From contig NW_025963779.1 in NCBI RefSeq assembly GCF_023055435.1, forward strand, positions 32,612,001 to 32,676,000: a stretch of DNA of 64,000 bases. The letters are read 5' to 3'. Position numbers and translations under genes: made by a program. Positions 38,316 through 50,800 of the stretch are shown piece after piece (positions within the stretch are counted from its first letter, which is position 1; the number at the start of each line of letters is the position of its first letter). The stretch comes from Haliotis rufescens. Lineage: Eukaryota. Below the pieces are notes generated by a model, which had not been told where the DNA came from, made no database searches, and saw only the letters and a program-made list of their open reading frames with translations.

Positions 38316-39284
38316 CAGTCCCGGACAAATTCTGCAGAAAATTTGCAGAAAATGTAACTTACCATAGAATTGCAGAAAAATCACAGAATTTGCCTTATCA
38401 ATCTTTGCAAAAAGATTCATTTATTTATCAAGAATTTATCAACAAAAAAACATCCTTTGATGTATCTGATGTATCATTAATTGAGTGAGTGATATTTGTC
38501 AAATAGAAAGAAAAAAAAGCAAACAAAAACAACAGAACCCATTGAATTGTTTGATAGGCATTTCAACAGAATGCATTGTTATCATAAGATTTTGGAAGCA
38601 ACAGACTTCTACTATGTCCATAGTCATGAAGCGTTCATAAAGTATGTTATCCATGTGTAATCACTGACCACTTCAAACAGTGTACACAGGCCTGCCATTA
38701 ATTGGGTTTTATTCCGCCTTCTTCCTTGATTGTAACTGTACTTGCCCACTCTATATATTTGTTAACATGTACATGGAAATGGAATAATAAAATGTATTCT
38801 AAAAAATAAAGCCTGTTCAAGCCTGTTAATAGAAGTTTGCACTTCGATGCTGCCCGTGTGTGAATCCCATTTCTGGTTTCCCCCGCCGTGATATTGCTGG
38901 AATATTGCTAAAAGTGGCGTAAAACCATACTCACTCACTCACTCACTCGATCACTCATTTAACATGCAATTCAAACATACAAAATATGATCATCAATAAA
39001 ACAAAATTTGAAATAAATAATTGTCACTCTTAAACGTTCTTGTGGTAATATGACTACATAAAGTCATAAACTATGTTTACATCAAATCATTAATAAATAT
39101 CAGGGACACTATGCATATTTATTTACATAATTTTATGTTTTGAAATGTCCATTTTGAGTTTGCGTTTATTTTTCAGGGGAAATTGTTATGTTTTTGCTGC
39201 AGACTTTACCACAGAATTGTGAAATTTTAGCTGCAGAAATTTGTCAGTTTTGCCGCAATTTGACTGCAGATTTGTCTGGGACTG
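38316..39284. mobile_element. Non-autonomous DNA transposon (MITE) with ~21-bp TIRs
   Basis: CAGTCCCGGACAAATTCTGCAG ... CTGCAGATTTGTCTGGGACTG, with subterminal TGCAGAAA repeats. No TSD resolved. Contains a nested SINE A fragment. Confidence 0.7.
38857..38948 (+). mobile_element. SINE family A, 5'-truncated
   Basis: 3' half plus (ACTC)n tail. Confidence 0.85.
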
Positions 39285-41043
39285 GTCCACATGGCTGTCC
39301 TGTACATGACACCATGAAGGGATGAGACAGCTGAACAGGTGGTGTGTCCAATACAAGGCACATGACCACTGATCACAATACTATCAACCAGCGATACTTA
39401 CCGTATCATACTTAAACCTGGTACATCATCAATAATAAACAGTAAGCATTACACAAGATTCAAGATCCAAATTATTTTGGATAATCAGAGAGTTTGACAT
39501 AAGTTCATAAATGTAATACAGATTACAATGCTTGGCCGCGGGGATGAAACCACTGTAAGAGTTAATGGCTGATATTTGGTTAACAAGATCTGAATGTCTC
39601 AGCAGTTTACAAATTCTGGTAGGTCAAGGACACCTGATTCAAGTGGATGGTTTCAGAGAGTCACCACACAACACATGCAGGGATTTATCTAGACCTGCTT
39701 AGAGGCCGATATTCAGGTCCGTGTCAGCACGTCATTCAAATTTCCACATTGGAAATAAACATGTTCTGGCTTTGTAGCGGTGACTTGTATTTCACTGATA
39801 ACATGATAACATGACCAATACTGAGGAAGAGGCTTGAATGCAATGTCAAAATTCAATGTTAAAATACTTCTGCAAATCAGAGCTTCTAAAAATACCAAAA
39901 TAACATTGTTTCCCAATTCGCCTGCCGAGGGCACTAACTTTGAAATCCTAGGTAAATCCCTGAGATAATTATAATATATGTATGGAGTATGTTCATACAT
40001 TTGAGACAGTGAACAGAGACATCGTAAAACCAATACTGAGAATAGTAGCCCTTAGTCCCTCACAGTCTGAAGTCTGTACTGTTCTTGCACTCTACAACTC
40101 ATCTCAATCATTAGCCTTGAATTATATAAATATAAACATGAACCCTCAGTCCCCAAATGCATCTGAAAACAGCAGAGACTACACTATCACTTGCTCCACT
40201 AGGTCCAAGGTCGTGGAGTCATAACAGGTGCTTGTTGTGGTCATTTTAATGAAAGAAATCAAATCAAGTTCATGTTAAAATAAACACCGACTTTCTGTTA
40301 AACTAATTATCTTCAAACATACAAGTGAAACTGTTCCATTAACTTTGCTGTTTGTGATCAATAAATATGGCAAATGTTTGGTTTCAAATATACAAATCCA
40401 GTTTAATGAATTTGATGTCTTTGTTATAATGTCTTTGTCCTGTTCACAATATGACAACTTCATTTAAAAATAGCTTCACGTACAAACAAATAATGCTACA
40501 ATTCTATTGCCACAGAACACGGATTGTCCAATATCAACCAAATGAATGCAGACATGCAGCAGTAAACTGCTAACTCAAAATAGGGTAATACATACACAAG
40601 CAAAATAAATAATTTGGTTTATATAATTAACATGAAGTGTCAAAAGACTTATTGCTCATGGTAAAACTGCCAAGGCTCTTCTGACAGTAATACAGTCTGT
40701 AGGTAAAATGCGAAGCTCACCTTCCTTAACTTTCCCTCTCAATCACACACAAAATTTTACTCTAAAATATTTAGTAAAGAATATTTTTAATAAGTTAAAA
40801 AATAATCATTTGGGTCTGGTTCACCTTTTGTATACAGATGTTTAACATCATCAAAATAACAAACTTATCTGAATCTAGCAAAGAATTGACATGACCAAAT
40901 TGACCACTTCAGTAACCAAGTACCCATTTTTGCTCAATTTGGCCTCTTCCTCTATCAACTTATGAAATATACAATGTTCAGGATTATACAACTTGTATAC
41001 TTAAGATCAAGACAATCACCTTGCTTGACCCTGGAACCACAAC

Positions 41044-41811
41044 TCACATCTTAGTCGTCTGGTTTGAAAGACTTGTATTTGCACTAGTCCTCGATTTCTT
41101 GTCTGATGTCTTGATATGTCCATTGCCTTCACATTTTTTTATAGTTTTTCTCTCTCTGTCAGTTTGTCGAGACTCTTCAGCAGATGCTGCACCCACTGGT
41201 GTAAGTGTCCTATCACTAGAGCGGGTCGTCTTATCACAGTCTGGCTGATTGGTACATGTGGAAATGCCTGCATCCTGAGGTTGATGCTCAGTAGTAGTAA
41301 GTGGCTTGCCTACATTAGACATGCATATATGACTTTGTGTCTCTGCTTGAAGGCTTCCAGAATGCAGTTCTCTCTCAAAGTCGTTACCACTGCCCATAGA
41401 TTCTCCATTGCTCCCTTCTAAGGTGGACTCGCTGCGAGGGGTGTCGGAACTGTCCGAGAGGGAATGGCTATCAATATCCTGGAAATCTGTTTTCAATTTG
41501 CTGGCACAGCCGCCATCACAGCAGGTCTGGAGGAGTTCTTCCATCAACGTGTCGCTAGGACGGGTGTCCGTGGCACTCTCACAGCTCTCGGTCTTGCTAG
41601 CCTGGCGAGACATCTCACACACAACGCTTTCAGTGGCGGAAACGCCAGCCTCACTCTGAGAAAGTTCCTCCACGATTGGCTGTTCATCCCCCATGAAACC
41701 CCACGTCTCTGTGCGACATCGGTGGTGACTGGCTATATCGGACAGCAAGGCATCTGGGGAAGTGTCCGAGTTCAGGCTCTTCACCTCTCTAGCCGTCTGT
41801 TCATAGTACAG
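41044..41811 (-). CDS. Bfr1-like exon 12 (Ser/Thr/acidic low-complexity tail)
   Basis: TTCCAG|LYYEQTAREVKS...; 768-nt open frame ending in TGA. Confidence 0.85.
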   Translation of the reverse strand: MYYEQTAREVKSLNSDTSPDALLSDIASHHRCRTETWGFMGDEQPIVEELSQSEAGVSATESVVCEMSRQASKTESCESATDTRPSDTLMEELLQTCCDGGCASKLKTDFQDIDSHSLSDSSDTPRSESTLEGSNGESMGSGNDFERELHSGSLQAETQSHICMSNVGKPLTTTEHQPQDAGISTCTNQPDCDKTTRSSDRTLTPVGAASAEESRQTDRERKTIKKCEGNGHIKTSDKKSRTSANTSLSNQTTKM

Positions 41812-44800
41812 CTGGAACAGAAATATCTTACTCCTCACTGATCTGTTTTCTTGGAATTATTTTACAATAACTGAAGAATGATTTACTGTGGTGTATGAAC
41901 TTTAAGCATTATTCCATACCAGAAACCTACATACATCATGTACATTCATTGTTCTAGTATTGTGGGAAACAGGCCCCTTATCTGTGTTGTGAGGAGCCTC
42001 CAGTTGAACCGCTGGACTCAGGCTATCCAGGTGACTGCTACAGAGTGAGTGTTGTAGTTCACTGCAGTCAGTTATAGTCCACCTATATCCCAGCAGCCTG
42101 TAAATCATCATACCAGAGCCCGGCAGACCAAAGGAAAACCACAGGTTGACAGCATAAGCAACAATCCATGCCTTTGGGACCCGTGAAGATTCCGGGGTAG
42201 AATAGGTCTTCAGCAACCCATGCTTGCTGTAAAAGGTGACTATGCTTGTGGTAAAAGGCGACTAACGGGATCGGATTGTCAGGCTCGCTGACTTGGTTGA
42301 TGCATGTCATCAATCCCAATTGCGTGGATCGATGCTCATGATATTGATCACTTGATTGTCTGGTCCAGACTCGATTATTTACAGACTACCGTCATATAGC
42401 TGGAATATTGCTGAGTGCGGCGTAAACAACAAACCAACCAACCAACCATGCCTTTGGGAATGCCACACAAAAAGCCAGTACATAACAGTATTTAACAACC
42501 TAACAGCCCTATCCTAATGAATCTGCTCTCAAAACAAACATGCTGCTCAAAATTTCAGAAAATCTATTAAATATTGCCCTATCATCACACATTTATTCTA
42601 CACACCAATGTTAACTGATCAAAGTGCTGTTGCTTATATCTTGCTATTCAGACTCCCTGTTATTTAGGATTAGGTTGCCCATAACTACAAAATAAAAGCT
42701 ATGTACTCTTCCGCTATTACTGTCTGAACTAACAAGTATAAAAACGTCCACGATATTGCATAATCTTCACGTGAAGGCAGGTCGAAAACCAGACTATTAG
42801 AACGTCATGAAGAAATGAATCATAGCTAAGTATCAATGACCAGTAGACAGTAAAAGCTGAGTAGTATATGGCTAAGATTTGGCAGGTAGGTAGCCATTAC
42901 CTTCCTGCCTTGAAGATGCTCCAGAGAGGCTGGGATCTCCACCAAGCTGGATGGAGCACTCAGGTTCAGCGAGGAGAACTGACTGATCACATGAGGGGTG
43001 TGGGTCACTGGTTTGGTCTGAAACGAGCATGAGTAATGTTAGTATTTGCACAGTTAGTGCCTCAAGTTTCAGTTTTGTGAGGTACTCCAAGGCATGCTTA
43101 TCTGAAACCAAGTGACCACATTTCAATTCTAGACTTACCTTCAGACATGTATAAATGCCATAACTTCATATCCACACTAGACAGAGTTCGGGGAGGGGCT
43201 TGTTTTATGACTAAGCTTACTGCATTCGACGTAATAAGCGCCCAGGGCGCTCTCAAAATTATAAATAGGGGTTTCTTATTGGAATACTATTTTAGTGAAA
43301 AAAAAACAGAGTTGAAAGATAAATTTCATGGTTTATGCTGACAGCCTAAAATGTTTATGTACGACAGATATATTTTTCCAGAATTTAATTGTCCATAATT
43401 AAGGGTGGATATAACACATGAGTGCATATTATACGCGAATAAATAAGTCTTGTGTACATTGATCAATCGGAAGGGGTGCTAATTGGGATTGGTCACTGGC
43501 AAATATATTAGCAAATATCGCCGTGGGCGCCTATTAGAGCGGGACGCTTATTACCTTGAATACCGTATTCCAAACTAAATAACAGAAGAGTAAAGTTACT
43601 GCATGTTACTGAAATTATGTTTATCTTGAACAATGGTGGTTAATTTTATATTTCACTAATTCAATCATTTTTTTATTAATTAGCCTGTTAAAAAAAGGTT
43701 CAGATTGTGCTCATGCATGCATGTTTGCATTTTGGCCAAGAAATATGTGACAAAGGAAACACATTCTTGAACAATGAGTGAGTGAGATAGGTTTAACGCC
43801 GCTTCTAACAGTATTCCAGTTATATCAAAATGCCAGTTAATGTGGGGGGAAAGTCTTACACGATTACCACTTCGGTAAAACCCACGAGCACGGGTATGGT
43901 ACTGACTAACCCCAGAAACATAATCGGGGCGAACCGGGATTCAAACCCACAATCATAGGTTTCAGAGTGCCCATGGGACGCAACTCTGCACAGCGAATCA
44001 AGCGCCTTAGACGACTGGGGCCCCTGCCCTCCTTGAACAATGAACAATATAGGTCTCCCTTGGAAGTGTCGGCCGAAAGAGCCTACTGGTTTTGAAAATG
44101 ATGAAAATGAAAGTCAGAACATATCAAATACTTAAACCATGCTATAACCTTTTATGAAACCAGGTCGACAAAATATACGAACCATAGATAGCTTGCGGCT
44201 ACGGCGGCGGCTCTTACTTGAGCGGCGACCAAGGGGAGGGAATTCCTCTTCATCTGATTTCCGTAGAAGACGATACCCATCCTCGTTCTCAAGAGCAGGG
44301 GCACATGCTGTAATGAAACAAATAAAACGGAAATGATGAAGTATCAGATGAAAAAACTGCTCTTGTACTCTCAAAAGTTATCAAAACTAAACTGCCCAAA
44401 TTGCATCAAAAACTTCACTAAAACTTTATTCAATCAGGTGCATAGTGTGCAATCCTCCTTTTCTGAACATCGGCTTCTGATTGTTTGTTTGTGTTACACC
44501 GCACTCAGCAATATTCCAACAATATGAAAGCAGTCTGTAAATGGTTCTTGGTATCATTTTCAGTAAATTTTAGTGTTATCATATGGTATTTGTTAGCTGA
44601 TCTTACAAGACCGAACAGAATTTTACAAGACTCAGGCTTCGGACTATCAACTAGAGTCACAGACTCTAAATGGTCAAGTCAGAACAAGACAAACCATTAG
44701 TTTCTGTGAGAATGTACAAATATTGGTTTGTCCATTACCATATCAACAGGACTGATGATGATTTATAGTTCTAGCACAATGAGATACCATGCCTCAGTTT

Positions 44801-47800
44801 AACATGGATACCCCACTCAGACACAGTATACCGACTCCGAGCTGACCAGTCCTTGTTTTAGCCCCTTAATGCCGAGCGCCAGACAGGGTAACAACAAGAA
44901 CCATCTTTTAATGTCTTTTGGTATCAGCCGGCCATCCGCTTTCCGGGAGGACACTCTACCACTAGACCACGGCGGCGGTCGAGATGAGATTATGACGCAC
45001 CTTGACTGCTACTGGCTGCCTCATCTGGGGCGTGTGATGGGGCGGATGCATCGGTGGTGTCACCGCTGGGACCTATTTTGTGAAGGTACTGTATGAGGGT
45101 ATTACACAGACTCTTCTCATCCTCATACGGCTCCTTCAGCGCTTCCATCTCCTCTCTGGAATAATGTCAGCATGTAAATATCAGCAAGTGACCTGACAAA
45201 GTCCAGAAATTGAAATTAACTGTAAGTGAATCCCAAGCTAGTAAAATTCAGTGAGTGTGTTGGGTTTTAAGGCCGCTTTTAACAGTATTCCAGTTATATT
45301 GCGGTGTGTCAGCTTAATGTGGGAGTAAAGCCCGAAGTGATGCAAGTATCAGACGTTTAACACTTCGTGAAACCCACGAGCACGCGTATGGTGCTGACAA
45401 ACCTAGAACCATAATCGGGGGAACCGGGATTCGAACTGACAATCATAGGTTTCTGGCATGCCCAAGGGAAGTAACTCTGCACAGCGAATCGCGGCACCTT
45501 AGACGACTGGGCCACCTGTGTCCCCAGTAAAATTCAGGAAGAACTTGTCCCATTTCCCTGTTGACTACCAATTTTACCATTAAGTAGATGGCAACTGACA
45601 TAAAGATCATTTTTGCAGAAAAGTACAAACAAATAATAATTTCCAAGTTTATCTGGTCACAATAATAGATATCCATACGAAGTACTGACATACTGATCGC
45701 TCTACAGCATTGTTGAAAATAATGAGACATAGTGTAACAATAGAGTATGAGGATGTCGGCCCTCGTTAGTGTTGATGTCATGTTGACTGTTACCATGGTT
45801 ACCATCTCAACATAGTCAGCTATAGAAACTAACAGTTTCAGTCCATTAGTCCTCATAATGACACGTAGCAAATCCCTTACAAATGGCAAATTTCTACTTG
45901 TCCTGAAGATACCTAAATATTGGGCTGTTTGGTAAGGACTACAGGACTAGTGCCAATTTCTAACGCTGATAGTTTTCATGCTGATGATAAAGTGACTATT
46001 ACATTCATTGATGTGTCATGCTGACATTGTCACACAAACACTGATAACTTTTGAAATTTCATGTTCACACAAGATAGGATTGTTGGCTGGTAAACATCTA
46101 CGATGAGAGCGTTTTGATATGGTCTTATCCTGCAATGTTAAACAGTTTAGAAAGGGAGTGATTCCTCACATTTCCTTCTGCTGGGCCTCTAGCAGTGCTC
46201 GTCTCTCCTCCTCCCTTCTTCTGAAGCTCTCGGCTCGCTGTTTCTTCATGATATCTTGAAATACATCTCTCTGTTTTCGGAATTCTGCCACCATGCTACG
46301 CTTCCTTTCATACAGTTCATTGATTTCTGATGAAAAAAAAAGAATATGGAACAGATCATATGGATAAAGTTCACCAAATCTGCAAAAGCAAAAAGTTCCT
46401 GGCTATTGATGAGATTCTTCCTCATATATTTACAAGTATATAAAAAATGCCCAAAGCTTACAACAAGCAGGCTAAGGTCATTCAGGGAAACTATATCATA
46501 TTTTACCTTGTGAAAGATACATGAAATCAAAAATGAATCAATGTGTTAAAACACTGTAATATCATTTCTAAAGCTGTACAATGACTACTGTAATTCCTAT
46601 GATGAGGAAAACATACCATAAATCTTCATACTAATTAATACTTCTAGGATCTAAAATCTGAATTCTAACATCAAGATCCTTGAAACAAAGAAAGATACTG
46701 CCCGATCTCAAGAACAGGGCCATTGGTTGCGGTTCAGTATCAATTACCTCCCCTTAATTCATATTATCTCCCCTTAGACCATGTTTCTGACAACCTTGCG
46801 GCCATCTGCTCCATTGATTGCAGTATTTCAAGGAGATTGTGAGGAAAATAACATAATGTTTCAGGGGCAATGTAAAGAACATATGTATGGCACACAAGAT
46901 AATGTAAGGGAGATACCATTTGACTTTGTTCTTCTGAAAAAAAAATATTACATAGGACTCGCACTGGGGAGTTTAATAATATGCCCTTCTTCAGACTATA
47001 TCAAATAGACCAAAGACAAATTTCTTATTTTTATTTATCTAAAAAAATAACAATGAAGTACAAGTACATGTACGAAATAATCAAAACCAAAATCCCTTCC
47101 CCCTCTGAATCAAAAGGTTGTTCTCTAATGTTACCAATGTCCCAATACAGTATGCCTCCTCTATGAATGTTTTCTATTACCAAGATATGCCTGGTGGTAT
47201 CATCACTACTTCTCTGATTTGTATACACTACCGTCTACCATCACCCAGGAATACATATGGCAGAGTTGATGTGTGTCTGTTTCCAGTAAGCAAATGAAAC
47301 AAGGCCGGTCATAATTCATGGATATCAAATGAGCCCTTCTCCATGAATGCAATTGTGTTAACCCTATCATTGCCTGATATTCAGGAAAAGTGTAGAGCAC
47401 ATGTTGTCAAGTGTATAACTTTACCATTTCTGTGACAAGCTGAGCAGACACTGATTGGAGTATTTAGAGTACTCACCTTTCTTAAGTACTTCTGCCCTGG
47501 ATTTATTGGTGGAGCTTTTCTTCCTGATGTCCTCTTCCTTGGCCTTTAGTTGGTTGACGGTGCGGAAGTAGTGCTGGAGGGATAAGGTAGTCTGTATTAC
47601 AGAGCAATCTCACAGAATGATCTGATCACTAAGTGACCAATTACCTGTCAAAATGATGGGCCATGTATCAATATTATACGGCTTGAGTTGAAAATTTTAC
47701 AAAGAAGTTGAGATGTAGTTTTTGTAAATCGTTTATGAAACATCAAACCCTGATATTCTGAATACCTCACACAAAGATATCAATAACGCTGGCAGATGTT

Positions 47801-50800
47801 CAAGTTATGATATTTCAAATTCATATTTCAGTGATGTCTTCAACAATGTTCCCGCTCTATCCTGGCAGGATACACCAGATATAGGCTTCATATGGTGTAC
47901 CAATGTGTGGAATCAAACACAGACCTTCAGTGTAAAAAGCAAACACATTAACCACTCAGCTACCCCAGTGCCTCTCAACATAGTGAGTGAGTGAGTGAGT
48001 ATGGTTTTACGCCGCTTTTAGCAATATTCCAGCAATATCACGGCTGGGGACACCAGAAATGGGCTTCACACATTGTACCCATGTCAGGAATCGAACCCGG
48101 GTCTTCGGCGTGACGAGCGAAAGCTTTAACCACTAGGCTACCCGACCGCCCCCCTCTCAACGTAAGACTGAGCTGCACTCACGTCTCGCTCCTCCCTCAT
48201 TCGCCGCTGTCTGTCTCGACTCTCATCTATCTCCTTCTTCATAGACAGGTAAGAACTGAAACACAACATAAAGTTGAAGAGTGTGTGAGTGAAAATGCTT
48301 TAATGATGACGGCAGCCACATTCCAGCAATATCACCTAAGGGGACACCAGAAATGTTGTGTGTTGTCTTCCTACAATGTGTAGAATAAAACCAACACCCC
48401 TAAGTTTAAGAAGTTGATTCTGTTGTAAACAATCAGCTTTCTTTTAATTAATTATGAAATGACAACAAAATCCATCTTGATACTTGAAATTATATTTCAT
48501 GTCAAAAATCAGCTTATTGTAAGCTGCACAAAGATAAAGGAGACCATATTGTATCTTTCGATTCTCTTACATGCAAACATAATCATACAAGTTGGCAGAA
48601 TTGACATCCTGGAGTTAGACAACAAACAATCCATTATTACAGCAGAAGACCTGTAACATATATGTAAACAGACAAATTATTTACAAGCCAGTGAAAATAT
48701 GGCTGAATATATGCTCATTTGGTGGCAACTACAAACACTTGACGTGACAAACCTCAGCATTTTCTTGGATCTCTTCAGGCTGTCTATTTCAGCAACAATC
48801 TTCTTTTCCTGAGACAGTTTGAAGTTTTGAACCTTCATGTTCCACTCCAGTTTCCTACAAGAATCAATATATTGTTCAATATACATACATCATTCAGAGC
48901 TTAAACATTACAGTATGACTCTACATTATTGCAGGCTCTATATTATCGCAGTATGGGTAAATCCCGTAATCCACAACCCCTGTCTACTGTTTACTTATGC
49001 AAAACTAAGCATGATATTTCATCGCATGATTGAATACAGGACTCATTGTGGTATGCCACGGCTACTCAAAAGCATACACATAAACATTTTTAAAGAAAGT
49101 TTTTGGAGTGGAATTAATAAACTCTACCTCTATTCATAATTGGTTAGAAAAGATCCCATTGTTTGGACAATGTCCCTTGGCCCAACCTAGGTCGTATGCA
49201 TAAACCAAAACAGGAAGTAATGTAAACCACAAAATCCACACATACCACACCACAAAATAGCCATTCCGCGATAATAGAGAGTTGCCTGTCCTTGAGTCCT
49301 TAATGACAGGTACTTTGTTTACGGGTCTCGGTAAAGAAAATCAGCATTGATCAATCCTAATTGATGGGTCATAAATGTTGGACAAAGAACAAGAAACATT
49401 TTGCATATGACATTTTAATAGGTTAGTTAGCATTCACCATTACGATCCATTATAAATTAACTAAGGGATAATATAGCACACCAAGCCATCATAAATTAAC
49501 TAAGGGATAATATAGCACACCAAGCCATTATAAATTCTGTAGTGCCATTGCTATGCTTGCCTTGGTTGATTACCATCTACAGCCTTACAGTTTTTTAATT
49601 ATTTTATGAAGAACACATCATAGATATTCCACAAGAATGGACCAGGCAAACTAGTGATTGATGTTGGGAGCAACATTGTCGAGATAAAATGTCACACAAT
49701 CAAGCAAGTCATCAACAAATGATCAAGATGGACAACCCAATCTATTTAGGTTGATTGTTGACAAGCAGTAAGCTGCATAGGTTACCAAGGACAACATCTA
49801 TCCAGGAAACATGACACGGTTGTTATGTTATAGCGTACTGTTTACTTTTTTTTCTTTCTTTTTTTAAAATATTTTTTATTCAATTCACTATATGACATTA
49901 CAGAGTAATACATGGAGTAGCATGTCTTGTGGCATACTTGTTAGGTATAGGTTACCTATACAGCAGACAGCAGGTCAGCAAGTTTAAGTTCGCTACAGGT
50001 GTCCATCAAAGTTTACACATGGTGAAAACGGGCAAATATTTGCCATATTTATTAACTAAGTGTGGAGCTAAATCCTTACAAATTGGTTGTGTAAAAAGAA
50101 ATATATTAAAATATCAAAAGATATTACTGTTTACTTTAGGTGATCATCATGTATGACATTACCTGATAGCATCATTGTGTTTTTCCTCTGTTGTGTAGTG
50201 GAGGCTGGACTGGAGTTTGGACAGGGCATTCATCTGAAAACACAACAACCACCAAGTAGTGGCAGCACACTTCCCAGCTGGGATTGACATTTTTCCTTAC
50301 ACTGTCTTTCAACACTGAGATCTGTTGCAGAATAACATGGTGTGACCAACATCAACACCTGTCTGTTTTTTGTTCAATGCCACACCCACCTATATGATGC
50401 CACACCCACCTATATGATGCCACACCCACCTATATGACGTCTGTCTGTAAACAATCGAGTCCGGACCAGACAATCCAGTGATTGACATCATGAGCAGCGA
50501 ACTACAGAATTTGGACCATGGGTCCCGTTAGACACCTCTTACAACAAGAACAGTCGCCTTTTATGGCAAGCATGGGTTGTTGAAGACCTATTCTAACCTG
50601 GATCTTCACGGGTACCCATCATTAATAGTTTTGTTGTAGGAAGAGAGGGTAATGTGACTATTCACTTTCTAGCACCTCACAGGCAGCTTTGGTTGTATAC
50701 TCCCCAGGGAGCTGATAATGAAAATCAGGTGCACACTGATCCATTGACCGGGTTACCAATGTAGTGCTTTGAGCATGCTTTAGGGTGTTATAATTACTAT

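Noticed and set aside
41902-42216. 104-aa minus-strand ORF as an extra Bfr1-like exon
   Set aside because: It starts inside a SINE, and the available acceptors are out of phase with the phase-0 intron.
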